DNA from: Candidatus Aminicenantales bacterium | GTDB lineage: Bacteria > Acidobacteriota > Aminicenantia > Aminicenantales > Saccharicenantaceae | Assembly (NCBI GenBank): GCA_049512315.1 | Contig: JBEKXF010000002.1 | Coordinates: forward strand, 1 to 64,000 | DNA: 64,000 bases | Reading direction: 5' to 3' | Shown: piece by piece, positions 48,577 to 62,682 of the stretch | How positions within the stretch are numbered: position 1 is the first letter of the stretch | Layout of the letters: each line of letters starts with the position of its first letter | Position numbers and translations under genes: made by a program | Notes under the pieces: model-generated | What the model was told of the DNA's origin: nothing | Databases searched by the model: none | The model's input: the letters and a program-made list of their open reading frames with translations, nothing else

Positions 48577-50010
48577 ATGATGAGCTTCTTGGCTTTGGCT
48601 CCTCTTCTGTCGGTCGTCGCCGGGGCGTTGGTCGATATGCTTCTCGAGGCCTTCCTGCCGAAAAAAAACACGGATCACCTCGGTTATGTCGCCCTGGTTT
48701 CGCTCATCTTGAGCGGGTTTTTCTGCATCCGGTCGTGGGGCCGCGATCTGTCCTGTTTCGGGGGGAGCCTGACCCTCGACCGGATGGCCGTCGCCTTCTG
48801 CCTGACCTTCGCGGCCGCCGGCTTTTTCCTCGTGCTCATGAGCCTGAAATATATCGCCCGGGAGGACATGAACCACGGGGAATACTACGCGCTCCTCCTT
48901 CTCGCTCTCTCCGGCGCGATGGTCATGGCCTCGTCGCCGAATATCCTCGTCGTCTTTCTGGGCCTCGAGATACTTTCGGTCTCGAGCTACGCCCTGGCCG
49001 GAATGAAAAAGGAGGACCCGGGATCCTCGGAGGCGGCGGTCAAGTATTTCCTGATGGGAAGCTTCGCCAGCGCCTTCCTGGTCTTCGGCCTGGCCCTTGT
49101 CTATGGCGCTGCCGCGAGCCTGGAACTCAACGGGATCCGGGCGGCCCTGATGGGCCGGGCCGGGAGCCTCGGGCCGGGCGGGTGGGCCGGGCTGGCCCTG
49201 ATTATTGCCGGCTTCGGCTTCAAGATCGCCCTGGTTCCGTTCCACATGTGGGCGCCCGACGTCTACCAGGGAGCGCCGACGCCCGTCACGGCATTCTTTT
49301 CCATCGGACCCAAGCTGGCCGGGTTCGCAGTCCTCTTCCGGCTTCTGGCGCCGCTCTGGAATAAAAGCGTTGCCCAACCCGTTGTCTACTGGCTCCTCTG
49401 GGCGATCGCCGCCCTGACCATGATTGTTGCGAACCTGGCAGCCCTCCGGCAAAGGAACCTCAAGCGCCTCCTGGCGTACTCGAGCATCGCCCACTCCGGG
49501 TATATCCTGTTGGCCGTCCTGGCCGGGGACGGGGCCGGCCTGCTCTTTTACCTCGTCGCCTACCTCTTCATGAATGTGGGAGCCTTCAGCGCGCTCATCG
49601 CCATGACCCGGGAGGGGAAGGAATACCTGGATCTGGATGATTTCGCCGGGATCGGCTTCAAGTACCCGTGGATCGCCGCCTCGTTCGCGATCTTCCTTTT
49701 TTCCCTGGCGGGATTTCCCCCGACCGCCGGCTTCCTGGCCAAGTTCTATGTCTTCAGCGCCGCGGTCAGGCAGGGCCAGGCCGCCCTGGTCGTCATCGCG
49801 GTCCTGGCCAGCCTCGTCTCCGTTTTTTATTACCTTCGGGTCATCGTCTTCATGTACATGAAGGATTCCCTGGCCGCGGTCGATATCGAGATGGATAATC
49901 CCGCGCTTTACCTGGTCCTGTTCCTCTGCCTGTATGGCGTGATCCAGCTCGGGATCTGGCCCGGCAATCTGCTCGTTCTCATTCGCCAGGCAGCCGCGTC
50001 GCTTTTTTGA
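48577..50010 (+). CDS. nuoN: NADH-quinone oxidoreductase subunit N
   Basis: EAAVKYF, PFHMWAPDVYQGAPTP, KRLLAYSSIAH. Confidence 0.96.
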   Translation: MMSFLALAPLLSVVAGALVDMLLEAFLPKKNTDHLGYVALVSLILSGFFCIRSWGRDLSCFGGSLTLDRMAVAFCLTFAAAGFFLVLMSLKYIAREDMNHGEYYALLLLALSGAMVMASSPNILVVFLGLEILSVSSYALAGMKKEDPGSSEAAVKYFLMGSFASAFLVFGLALVYGAAASLELNGIRAALMGRAGSLGPGGWAGLALIIAGFGFKIALVPFHMWAPDVYQGAPTPVTAFFSIGPKLAGFAVLFRLLAPLWNKSVAQPVVYWLLWAIAALTMIVANLAALRQRNLKRLLAYSSIAHSGYILLAVLAGDGAGLLFYLVAYLFMNVGAFSALIAMTREGKEYLDLDDFAGIGFKYPWIAASFAIFLFSLAGFPPTAGFLAKFYVFSAAVRQGQAALVVIAVLASLVSVFYYLRVIVFMYMKDSLAAVDIEMDNPALYLVLFLCLYGVIQLGIWPGNLLVLIRQAAASLF

Positions 50011-50047
50011 GACGCCGGCTCTCCGGATTCCTTATTTGTCAGGGGAG

Positions 50048-51310
50048 CTATTCGAGCTCCCGGCCGCCCGTTTCCGGAATCCAGATCCAGAGGACGGCGG
50101 CGGCCAGGAAGGACAGGGCGATAAGCGAGAAAGCGAAGCCGAAGCCCCTGGTCTGGGCCAATGAGCCGACCACGAACGGGGCCGACGCGCTAACGATCCG
50201 ACCGGTGTTGTAGGTGATTCCCTGGGCGGTGGCCCGGACGGACGTGGGGTAGAGCTCGGCGGTCAGGGCCCCGAAACCGCTGAAATGGCCTGTTCCGAAA
50301 TAGGCGACAAAGGGACCCAAAAGAAGAAGGAATATCGGCTGTTTCGTGCTCGAATAGAGGAAGACAAAAAAGGCCGCCGCGATAAGGAACCCCACGTACG
50401 TCTTTTTCCGGCCGGCCTTGTCGCTGAGGAAGCCGAAGCTGACGTAGCCGAGCCACATCCCGACCTGCATGAAAATGACGAGGCCGGACATGAGACGGGT
50501 GCTCAACCCGACCCCTCCCTGGCCGGCGGCCATCGACAGATACGAGGGGATCCAGAGATTGAGGCCCCACCAGGCGAACAGGGCGAAGGCGTTCATCAGG
50601 GTGACAAGGGCCGTGAGACGGAGTCGGCCTTTCCCGAAGATCAGGCTGAAGCCCGATCCGGACGGTCCGGGCGCGAGGCGCCGGGCTTTCCAGATCTCCG
50701 GGTCCTTGACACGTTTCTGGATCCAGAGAGTGAAGAAAGCCGGGACGACGCCCACGAAAAAGACCGCCCGCCAGCCCCAGCGCGGCATGACCAGGGCCGA
50801 GACCGCGGCGGCCCCCGCGTAGCCGACGGCCCAGGCACTCTGGACAAGGCCCAAGGCCTTGCCCCGGTGCTCGGCCGGCCATGTCTCGGAGACGAGGGAG
50901 GCCCCGCTCGCCCATTCTCCGCCCATCCCCAGCCCGAGAAAGATGCGGAAGACGGCCAGCATGAGGACCCCTGTGGAAAAGCCGCAGGCCGCGGTAAAAA
51001 CCGAGTAAATCAGGACGCTGGCCATCAGGGCCCGCCGCCGTCCGAAGCGGTCGGCCATGAGCCCGAAGCCAAGCCCGCCGAAGGCCGAGGCGAAAAGAGT
51101 CAGGGACCCCAGGAGACCGGCGGTCGACTTGGCGATCCCCAGGTCCGACACCAGGGCCGCCAGGACCATGGCAAAGAGCATGACATCGAAGGAATCCAGC
51201 ATCCAGCCGAAGGCCGCGGCCAGGAGGGCCCGCCTGGAATCCGCCGGCGCGTCCTTCCACCAGGCGAAACGCCGAATGGGGACTACGGACGCCTCTTGGT
51301 GATTTTCCAT
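50048..51310 (-). CDS. MFS transporter
   Basis: ADRFGRR, GLGMGGEW, ELYPTSVRA. Confidence 0.93.
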   Translation of the reverse strand: MENHQEASVVPIRRFAWWKDAPADSRRALLAAAFGWMLDSFDVMLFAMVLAALVSDLGIAKSTAGLLGSLTLFASAFGGLGFGLMADRFGRRRALMASVLIYSVFTAACGFSTGVLMLAVFRIFLGLGMGGEWASGASLVSETWPAEHRGKALGLVQSAWAVGYAGAAAVSALVMPRWGWRAVFFVGVVPAFFTLWIQKRVKDPEIWKARRLAPGPSGSGFSLIFGKGRLRLTALVTLMNAFALFAWWGLNLWIPSYLSMAAGQGGVGLSTRLMSGLVIFMQVGMWLGYVSFGFLSDKAGRKKTYVGFLIAAAFFVFLYSSTKQPIFLLLLGPFVAYFGTGHFSGFGALTAELYPTSVRATAQGITYNTGRIVSASAPFVVGSLAQTRGFGFAFSLIALSFLAAAVLWIWIPETGGRELE

Positions 51311-51450
51311 CAGGATTAGCTTATATTCAGGGAGGTCCGGCTTGTCAAACGGCTCAGGCCCCCCACGTGAGGGAGATAGTACTGCGATCTTACCTGCTAG
51401 GCTCCATAATGCCGTATGACTCTCGGCCCGGCAATGGGGGGGGATTATGC

Positions 51451-51582
51451 TTAACCGGTTTTTTGCTTGCCGCGGATCTGCTCGACGTCGTGAGGAAAAT
51501 TGACGAAGGTCCCGCCGCCCTCGGCATGATGGAGCTTGCCGTCAAACTCGATCCGGCCCGGGTTCTTGCATGTTACGGCCAT
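51451..51582 (-). pseudogene. Short fragment resembling a DUF1905 N-terminus
   Basis: IEFDGKL..GGGTFVNFPHDV, 43 aa only. Confidence 0.35.
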
Positions 51583-51655
51583 GGCGAATCTCCTTCTCGA
51601 AAGAGAGGAATCATGGCCCAGGCGGCTCTCCCGTGTCAATAAGTGGAAAGAAAGG

Positions 51656-52046
51656 AACGGCCGGAGTCGGACGTAAGCCGAATTCTGTTCCCGCCGAAGC
51701 GGGGGCGGTTATTTGTCTAGGCCCCGGATTGCTCCGGGGCGCGAGCGGCCTACCCACCCCCTGGGACGGGCCATCCCAAAGTGGGGTTCGTTTGGCCTTG
51801 CTCCGGATGGGGTTTGCCGTGCCCCTGATGTCGCCATCAGGGCGGTGAGCTCTTGCCTCGCCATTTCACCCTTGCTCCCCGGGGAGGCTGCGCCTGCCCT
51901 GGAGGGCGGTGTCATTTCTGTGGCACTTTCCCCCGGTCGCCCGGAGTCGCCGTTAGCGACCATCCTGCCCTTTGGAGTTCGGACTTTCCTCTCCTCCTTG
52001 TCCCTCGCGGGAAGGAGCGGCAACCGCCTCGCCGACTCCGGCCGTT
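51656..52046 (-). ncRNA. rnpB: RNase P RNA (type A)
   Basis: GAGGAAAGTCC, GTGCCACAGAAA, ACAGAATTCGGCTTA; 15-bp terminal P1 helix. Confidence 0.96.
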
Positions 52047-53410
52047 ATTTTTATGCCGTATTGCTCGAGCTTCTTGTAGAGATTGCTCCGCGGCGTATCG
52101 ATCTCCCTGGCCGTCTGGGAGATGTTCCAGCCGTTCGCTTCGAGCTTGGCCAGGATGAAATCCTTCTCCGCGATATCCCTGAACTCGCGGAGCGTTTTGA
52201 CCCCGCCCGCCGCGGGAAGTCCGACCTCGCGCTCTTCGTGAAAAGGCAGAGGCAAATCCTTCGCCTCTATTGTATCTTTTTCGGTCATGATCATCAACCG
52301 CTCCACGATGTTCTTGAGCTCGCGAACATTGCCCTTCCAGGGGAGATCGGCCATGGCCTCGAGGGCCTCCTTCGAGAATCTCTTGACCTTGAAGTTGTTC
52401 TCCTCAGCGAAGGCCCTCGAGAAGTATTCGACAAGGAGCGGGATGTCCTCCTTCCTGTCCCGGAGAGGCGGCGAGAACAGGGGGACGACGTTCAGCCGGA
52501 AGAAGAGGTCCTCCCGGAAGCGGCCTTCCTGGATTTCCTCCCGGAGGTCCTTGTTCGTGGCCGCGATGACCCGGACGTCCACTTTCGAGATCCGGCTCGA
52601 GCCCACCTTCTGGACCTCTCCCTCCTCGAGGACGCGGAGGACCTTGGACTGGGTCTTGAGGCTCATGTCGGCGATCTCGTCGAGAAAGATCGTCCCGGCG
52701 TCGGCCTGCTCGAACTTGCCCGTCTTCTTCTCGGTGGCGCCCGTGAAGGCCCCCTTCTCGTGGCCGAAAAGCTCGCTCTCGATGAGCTCTTCGGGGATGG
52801 CGGCGCAATTGACCTGGACGAATTTCTCCTTGGCCCGCAGGCTGTTCGCGTGGATCGCCCGGGCGATGAGCTCCTTGCCCGTGCCGCTCTCGCCGTGGAC
52901 GAGGACGGTCGCATTGGTGGGGGCGATCTTAAGGATCTCCTTCCAGAGGCCTTTCATAAGAGGGTGGTTGCCGACGAGCTCGTAATGCTTTTCGGCCCTC
53001 TTCTTGAGGTCCTGGTATTCCCGGGTCAGGCTGTTCTGCTTGAGGGCGTTCCGGATGCTGAGGAGAACCCGTTCGCGATGGAGGGGCTTCTCCAGAAAGT
53101 CGAAGGCGCCGAGCTTGGTCGCCTCGACGGCGGCCTGGATCGTCCCCTGTCCGGAGATCATGATGATCTCCGGGGAATAGGGCTTCTGCTTGAGCTCCGT
53201 CAGGACCTCGAGGCCGTCCTTCCCCGGCATTTTAATATCGAGGAGGGCGAGGTCGATCCCGACGGTCTCCCGAAGCATTTCGAGGCCGTCCTCCCCTGTC
53301 GCGGCTTCGAAGAATTCGTAACCCTCGTATTCGAGGATCATCCGGAGCGACTTGCGGATGTTCTCCTCGTCGTCGATGACGAGGATCCTGGCTGATCGTT
53401 CGGGTCTCAT
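51953..53410 (-). CDS. Sigma-54-dependent response regulator (NtrC/NtrX family)
   Basis: REC domain, GESGTGKE, GAFTGA, Fis-type HTH. Confidence 0.95.
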   Translation of the reverse strand: MRPERSARILVIDDEENIRKSLRMILEYEGYEFFEAATGEDGLEMLRETVGIDLALLDIKMPGKDGLEVLTELKQKPYSPEIIMISGQGTIQAAVEATKLGAFDFLEKPLHRERVLLSIRNALKQNSLTREYQDLKKRAEKHYELVGNHPLMKGLWKEILKIAPTNATVLVHGESGTGKELIARAIHANSLRAKEKFVQVNCAAIPEELIESELFGHEKGAFTGATEKKTGKFEQADAGTIFLDEIADMSLKTQSKVLRVLEEGEVQKVGSSRISKVDVRVIAATNKDLREEIQEGRFREDLFFRLNVVPLFSPPLRDRKEDIPLLVEYFSRAFAEENNFKVKRFSKEALEAMADLPWKGNVRELKNIVERLMIMTEKDTIEAKDLPLPFHEEREVGLPAAGGVKTLREFRDIAEKDFILAKLEANGWNISQTAREIDTPRSNLYKKLEQYGIKITAGVGEAVAAPSREGQGGEESPNSKGQDGR

Positions 53411-53620
53411 GCGCGTTCCCCTGTTCCGGCCGGAATTCTAGCACACTCCGGGGCGCGGGGCAAAAAAATGGAGTAAATGTTCTTTACTAGGCCTGCCCCC
53501 GTTGGGGCGGAGCGGTCTCGTCCTCGGGCTGAAAAACCGGCTTTCTCCCTGGCCCGGGACATCTGGAGTGCTCTCGGGAGTTGTGTTAAACTGGTATAAA
53601 TATTGCACCAGAGGGATTCT

Positions 53621-55009
53621 GTGGCCAGAATTCAGAAAGTCCTGCGGCTCGGAATCATCTTCTCCATCTTCACCCTCTCCCTCCCTCTCATCTCCATGAA
53701 GTCCCAGGAAGAAAACCCCGTCCGGTCGTTCGTTCTGCCCAACGGGCTCAATGTTTTTCTCTACGAGAAGCACGACCTCCCCCTCGTCAACATTGTCGTG
53801 TCCGTCAACGCCGGGTCCAAGGATGAGACCGACGCGACCAACGGGATCGCCCACCTCCTCGAGCACTGCCTCCTTTTCCGGGGCACCGGGTCCAGGTCCG
53901 GGGACGAGGTCAGCCGCGATGTCCGCAGACACGGCGCCTACTTCAATGCCAACACCGGCCAAGACCTGACCGTCTTCGAGATCTCCGTCCCCTCGGGCGA
54001 GTCCGATTATGCCCTGCGGAACCAGAAGGAAGTCCTTTTCGATTTCGCCCTCACCCAGGCCGACCTGGACGAGGAAAAGGCCGTCGTCCTCGAAGAGATG
54101 AACCAGACGGATGACGACCCGCAACGGCACGGGATGGACCTCGTCATGCGGTGCCTTTTCAATGGCCATCCGTACGGGAGGCCCGTCTATGGACGCCCCG
54201 ACGTCGTCCGGGCGGCCCGCGTGGATGAGCTCCGGGACTTCCATACGAAATATTACGTCCCGAACAATTGCGCTCTGGCGGCCGTCGGCGACTTCCGGAG
54301 CCGGGAGATGGAAGAGAGGGTCCGGGCCATCTTCGGGCCATTGGAGAAGGCCGGCCTCGCGCCCGCTTCCATCGCCAAAGCCCGGATTCTCGGGAAGAGC
54401 GTCACCTGTCAAGAGGAAAAAGACGTCAAGGAAGCCTACCTTTTCATCGCCTACATCGGCCCGGATTGTAACCACCCCGACCAGTATGCCATGGACCTGC
54501 TGACGGAAGCCCTGGGCCGCGGTTTCAATCCGCTCCTGAACATCGCCCTGAGGAGCCGGAGGGACCTCGTCCAGAACCTGAATATGGCCTATATCCCCGG
54601 CCGTTTCGGCGGAGCCGTCATCGTTTCCCTGACCCTGGATCCCGGAAATATCGCGGCCGCGACCCGTGAGGCCTTGAACTACCTGAGGAAGTCCCGCGAG
54701 GAGAACTTCTCCCGGGACGATTTCATGGGCGATGATAAATATAACGTCTTTGATTTCCTGGGGAGCGCCAAGAACCAGATCCGGTTTTCGGCGGAGCAGG
54801 CCGAGGAATCGGGCCTGACCTTGGCCTCGTCCCTGGCGCGGTTCATGCTCCAGAACGAGCGCAAGGACCCCGGCAGGTTCTTAGACCACATCGTCAGGAC
54901 AAACTCTGGCGACCTCCGGAAAGCGGCCGCGGTTTATTTCGGTAAGGGGCAGTGCGCCGTCGTTTCGATCGTCCCCAAAAAGGCGGCCGAGGCCGGGAGG
55001 AGGGACTAG
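53621..55009 (+). CDS. M16 zinc peptidase, catalytic subunit
   Basis: GIAHLLEH (HxxEH), NANT, HPYGRP. Confidence 0.9.
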   Translation: MARIQKVLRLGIIFSIFTLSLPLISMKSQEENPVRSFVLPNGLNVFLYEKHDLPLVNIVVSVNAGSKDETDATNGIAHLLEHCLLFRGTGSRSGDEVSRDVRRHGAYFNANTGQDLTVFEISVPSGESDYALRNQKEVLFDFALTQADLDEEKAVVLEEMNQTDDDPQRHGMDLVMRCLFNGHPYGRPVYGRPDVVRAARVDELRDFHTKYYVPNNCALAAVGDFRSREMEERVRAIFGPLEKAGLAPASIAKARILGKSVTCQEEKDVKEAYLFIAYIGPDCNHPDQYAMDLLTEALGRGFNPLLNIALRSRRDLVQNLNMAYIPGRFGGAVIVSLTLDPGNIAAATREALNYLRKSREENFSRDDFMGDDKYNVFDFLGSAKNQIRFSAEQAEESGLTLASSLARFMLQNERKDPGRFLDHIVRTNSGDLRKAAAVYFGKGQCAVVSIVPKKAAEAGRRD

Positions 55010-55011
55010 AA

Positions 55012-56361
55012 ATGGGGCCGGGACGGCGGAGACCTGAAAAAAAGGCAAGGTCATGGATCGTGGTCGCGGCCTGCCTGACCTTTCAGGCCGTCGTCCTCAT
55101 CGCGCAGCAGTTCTCCGGCCCCCCTCCCTGGAAAGAAAAGCCGGAGAAGCTCCGGCTGGTAGCGGGGATGGATTGCCTTTATCAAAGGGATCTGTCCTCC
55201 CCCATCACCTCCGTCCAGCTCTTCATCCCCGGAGGGAAAAGCGCGGTCCCCGGGGGGAAGGACGGCCTTTCCTATCTCGCGACCAGGCTGACCCTCGAGA
55301 TTCCCGACTTCTCGGTCGCCCAGGATATCATGGCCCAGGGGACCCGGATGGGGGTCGCAGTTTTCGAGGACTGCTCGGTCATCAGCGTGGAGTGCTTTTC
55401 CGAAAACCTGGATGACGCCCTCAGGGTGGTCTCGGAGATCGTCCAGAACCCGCTTTTTTCGGGCCTGAGGATCGACAACATCAAGAATGTCATGTCGATC
55501 TACGGCAAGGCCGAGGAGGACGAAGCCGCTGAGGCGGGCCACGGTGCCGCCATGAGGGTATTTTTCGACGGGCAGGGTTATGGAAGCGCGCTTTTCGGTA
55601 CCGGGGCCAGCCTTAAAGCCATCGGGAAAAAGGACATCACGGCGTACTACGCCAGGTTCTTCACCAAGGGCCAGGTCCTGTTCTCCGTGTGTTCCGACCT
55701 TGAGAAAGACAAGGTCCGCCCCCTTCTCGAAAGATATTTCGTGAAATTCAAGGGGGCGCGGGCCGAGGACGGGCTCTCCCCCTCGCCGCCCTCCTTATCC
55801 GTCGACCGGACGATCATCCTTGACAAGGACACGAAACAGACCTATGTGGGCCGGGCCTTCCTCCTTCCCCCCGTGACGGCCGGGAACTGGGCCAAGGGCT
55901 ACCTCCTGGAGGTCCTCCTGGGCAAGGGGCCGGGGTCCCGCCTGTGGGATCTCAGAGCCTCCGGGAGGCTCGCGTACAATGTCGGCGCCCGGATGACCTG
56001 GATGAAGACCTGCGGCGTCCTGGAGGCCTATCTCGAAACGGAGAAAGCAAAAAAAGGCCAGGCGGTCTCGGCCCTGGATGAAACCCTCAGGACGCTCCAC
56101 GAGAAGGGCTTGACGGAGGAAGAGCTGCGGATGACCCGGAGCCTGGCCCGGGCCCAGCTTCTCCGGGCGAACGAGGCCAAGAGACCACGGGCCCAGGCGA
56201 TGGGGGTCTGGGAAGTCCTCGGCCTAGGATTCGATTATCTGTCCAATGTTTTTGACAGCCTCGACGCCGTCAGCGTGGCCGAGATCAACGCCTTCATCAA
56301 GGATGTCCTCGACCTTGACAAGTCCGTCCTGGTCCTCGTCGGCCGCACGAGCCTTCCTTGA
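55012..56361 (+). CDS. M16 peptidase, non-catalytic partner
   Basis: No HxxEH; SRLWDLR..LAY motif. Confidence 0.85.
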   Translation: MGPGRRRPEKKARSWIVVAACLTFQAVVLIAQQFSGPPPWKEKPEKLRLVAGMDCLYQRDLSSPITSVQLFIPGGKSAVPGGKDGLSYLATRLTLEIPDFSVAQDIMAQGTRMGVAVFEDCSVISVECFSENLDDALRVVSEIVQNPLFSGLRIDNIKNVMSIYGKAEEDEAAEAGHGAAMRVFFDGQGYGSALFGTGASLKAIGKKDITAYYARFFTKGQVLFSVCSDLEKDKVRPLLERYFVKFKGARAEDGLSPSPPSLSVDRTIILDKDTKQTYVGRAFLLPPVTAGNWAKGYLLEVLLGKGPGSRLWDLRASGRLAYNVGARMTWMKTCGVLEAYLETEKAKKGQAVSALDETLRTLHEKGLTEEELRMTRSLARAQLLRANEAKRPRAQAMGVWEVLGLGFDYLSNVFDSLDAVSVAEINAFIKDVLDLDKSVLVLVGRTSLP

Positions 56362-56426
56362 ATCCGGCCCGCTCCGCCCGTCTCGTTGTTCAGGTTGATG
56401 GTCTGAACGTTGAGAACGAAAGATGC

Positions 56427-59942
<3,516 letters not shown>

Positions 59943-60059
59943 AGGATGACTCCTTGGTACCGCCCGTGGCGGCGCATGATTCGGGGGGCTCCTGGGCCCT
60001 CGTCCAGGGCGCGGCTCCCCGTCGCTCTATGATCGAACGTCGTCGCCGACGCTCCAGCT

Positions 60060-60665
60060 CTATTCCTTAAGCTCCGTCCTTCCCTCCAGGGCCTTTTTGA
60101 TGGTGACCTGGTCGGCGAAGTCTAGGTCCGACCCCACGGGGAGGCCCATGGCCAGGCGGGTGATCCGGACCCCCAGGTCCTTGAGGACTTTCAGGAGGTA
60201 GAGGGCCGTGGCCTCCCCTTCCACCGTAGGATTGGTGGCGATGATGATCTCCTTGACCGGCCCTTCCTGGACCCGCTTGACGAGCTTTTCCAGCCGGAGC
60301 TCATCCGGACCGCGGCCTTTGAGCGGCGAGAGCGCGCCCAGGAGCACATGGTAGCGGCCGTGGAAAGCGCCGGTCTTCTCGATGGACCAGATGTTGAACG
60401 GCTCCTCGACAACGCAAAGGGCGTCGTCGGACCGGTGGGTGTCGGAACAGATCAGGCACGGGTCGACATGGGTGATGTTGTTGCACCGGGAGCAGTAAAA
60501 GATCTTCCGCTTGGCTTCCCGGATGGCGTCGGCCAGGCGGTTGACGTCCTCGGAGGGCAGGCCGAGGAAATAAAAAGCGATCCGCTGGGCCGTCTTAGCC
60601 CCGATGCCGGGGATCCTCCGCAGTTCTTCGATGAGCTCCTGAAGCGGTTGGGCGTATTCGAACAT
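60060..60665 (-). CDS. recR: Recombination mediator RecR
   Basis: IPGIGAKTAQR, C4 zinc finger, ATNPTVEGEAT. Confidence 0.97.
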   Translation of the reverse strand: MFEYAQPLQELIEELRRIPGIGAKTAQRIAFYFLGLPSEDVNRLADAIREAKRKIFYCSRCNNITHVDPCLICSDTHRSDDALCVVEEPFNIWSIEKTGAFHGRYHVLLGALSPLKGRGPDELRLEKLVKRVQEGPVKEIIIATNPTVEGEATALYLLKVLKDLGVRITRLAMGLPVGSDLDFADQVTIKKALEGRTELKE

Positions 60666-60976
60666 CAGATGATCCCGGGGATTTTCAGGCCTCCCGTGAG
60701 ACCGCCCAGCTTCTGACCCAGGGCCTCGTCCACCTTGGCGGCCGCGTCGTTGAAGGCCGCGACGATGAGGTCCTGGAGCATGTCGATCTCGTCCTTGCTG
60801 ACGACCTCGGGCTCGAGGCGGAGCGAGAGCAAACGCTTCTGGCCGTCGAGGACGACCGTGACCATCCCGCCGCCGCTCGTCCCCTCGGCCCTCATCTCCG
60901 TCATTTCCTTCTGGAGCCTGTCCTGCATCTCCTTGGCGGTCTTCAGCATCTTTTGGAGGTCCATCATGTTCTTCAT
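60665..60976 (-). CDS. ybaB: YbaB/EbfC nucleoid-associated protein
   Basis: SGGGMVTV, LQDLIVAAFNDA; between dnaX and recR. Confidence 0.95.
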   Translation of the reverse strand: MKNMMDLQKMLKTAKEMQDRLQKEMTEMRAEGTSGGGMVTVVLDGQKRLLSLRLEPEVVSKDEIDMLQDLIVAAFNDAAAKVDEALGQKLGGLTGGLKIPGII

Positions 60977-62682
60977 GCTCCGTTCTCCCCGGAACCGAAG
61001 CCCTTGGGTTCCTTGTCCTTGGTGGCCTTGACGGGATCTGCCGACAGGACCTGGGCCTTGAAGGTGTTCATGAAATACTGGACCGTGGGGTCCTTGAGGG
61101 CTGTTTCCATCTCCCGCCCCTGCCCCGGCCCGGGCCGGACGGGGGCTTTCGCGGCCCCACCCTCTTCGGCGAACCGGACGGCCAAGTCGCGGCCGAGGAC
61201 GTCCCGGGCCGCTTTTTCGACGGCCTTGACGTCCTTGTCCTGGATCGTCGTCCCGAAAAATCCCTTGCCCTTCTCGAAAAAAACCTCGATCAGGCTGTCC
61301 CCGATCCGGACCGAAGTGTACTGGGACACGAGAGCGGCCAGCGGGGCCCGGTCCCTGGCCAGCCTCTCGAGGACATGGCCGAACGCTTCTTTTGGGGAGG
61401 GGCCTGGTGGCGTCTGGGCCGGGCGCGGGATCGAGGGCTGGGGAGCGCCCGACACCGGTCCGGCGGCCGGGCGGGGAACGGTCCGGGCCCGATCCGAGGG
61501 CCCCGGCGGCTGGCCCTGGCGGATATCGCCCGAGATCCCGCCGGCTCTCTTCAAGTCCTCGACGTCCCCGATGAGCTCTTTGAGGGGCACGATTTTGCGG
61601 AACTGGCAGAGCTTGATCAGGAAGGTCTCCAGATAGATCCGGGGCTGGGTCGAGTATCTCAACCCCTGCTCTCCCTGCTGGAGGGCCAGCAGGTAACGCA
61701 GGAAGTCCTCCGGGGTCGCCTTCCCGGACTGAGCCCGGAGATCCTGGAGCTCCTCGGCTGTGACGGGCAGAAGGTCCTCGGGCTTTTCCACGGAGCTCAC
61801 GAGAAGGAGGGCCCGGAAATGCTCAATGAGCTTGGAATAGAAGAACCGGAGGTCGTATCCCGAGGCTATGAGGTTCTCGACCAGCGGAAAAACGTCCTGC
61901 GGCCTCTCATCGAGGACGGCCGAGGAAAACAGGGAGAGGATGTCCCGGCCGATCGTCCCGAGGATCGTCTTGAGATCTTCGTCGCTGATGTTCTCTCCGC
62001 TGAAAGCTACGGCCTGGTCGAGCAGGCTCTGGGCGTCCCGCATGCTGCCGTCGGCGGCCTCGGCGACCATGGCCAGCCCCGAGGGCGTGATGGTGATCGC
62101 CTCCTTCCGGGTGATCTCCATCAGGTGGTTGATGATATCTTTGTGGGAAATCTTCTTGAACTCGAAATGCTGGCACCGGGAGACGATGGTGGACGGGACC
62201 TTGTTGAATTCCGTGGTGGCGAAGATAAAGACGGTGTTCGACGGGGGCTCTTCGAGCGTCTTGAGGAGGGCGTTGAAGCCGTCCTTCGTGATCTGGTGGA
62301 CCTCGTCGATGATGACGACCTTGTATCGCGTATAGATCGCCTTGTATTTCAGGGATTCCCTCAGGACCTTGATGTCCTCGATGCCCCGGTTCGAAGCCCC
62401 GTCGATCTCCAGGACATCGATGGCCCGGTCCTCGTTGATGGCGGTGCAGAACTCGCACTTGTTGCACGGATGCGGGGTCGGTCCGTCGACGCAGTTGAGG
62501 GCCTTGGCCAGGATGCGGGCCACGGTCGTTTTGCCCGTCCCCCGCATTCCCGAGAAGAGATAAGCCTGGGTGATCCGGCCGGACGTGATGGCGTTCTGGA
62601 TCGTCTGGACGACGGACTTCTGCCCGATGACCTCCTCGAAATTCTTAGGCCTGTATTTTCGGGCGAATATCAAATAGGACAT
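60973..62682 (-). CDS. dnaX: DNA polymerase III subunit gamma/tau
   Basis: ARKYRP, GMRGTGKTT, IDEVH, NALLKTLEEPP, SRCQ. Confidence 0.97.
   Translation of the reverse strand: MSYLIFARKYRPKNFEEVIGQKSVVQTIQNAITSGRITQAYLFSGMRGTGKTTVARILAKALNCVDGPTPHPCNKCEFCTAINEDRAIDVLEIDGASNRGIEDIKVLRESLKYKAIYTRYKVVIIDEVHQITKDGFNALLKTLEEPPSNTVFIFATTEFNKVPSTIVSRCQHFEFKKISHKDIINHLMEITRKEAITITPSGLAMVAEAADGSMRDAQSLLDQAVAFSGENISDEDLKTILGTIGRDILSLFSSAVLDERPQDVFPLVENLIASGYDLRFFYSKLIEHFRALLLVSSVEKPEDLLPVTAEELQDLRAQSGKATPEDFLRYLLALQQGEQGLRYSTQPRIYLETFLIKLCQFRKIVPLKELIGDVEDLKRAGGISGDIRQGQPPGPSDRARTVPRPAAGPVSGAPQPSIPRPAQTPPGPSPKEAFGHVLERLARDRAPLAALVSQYTSVRIGDSLIEVFFEKGKGFFGTTIQDKDVKAVEKAARDVLGRDLAVRFAEEGGAAKAPVRPGPGQGREMETALKDPTVQYFMNTFKAQVLSADPVKATKDKEPKGFGSGENGA

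Noticed and set aside
51709..53395. ORFs 51709-52023 (-) and 51713-53395 (+)
   Set aside because: Overlap rnpB or lie antisense to the response regulator
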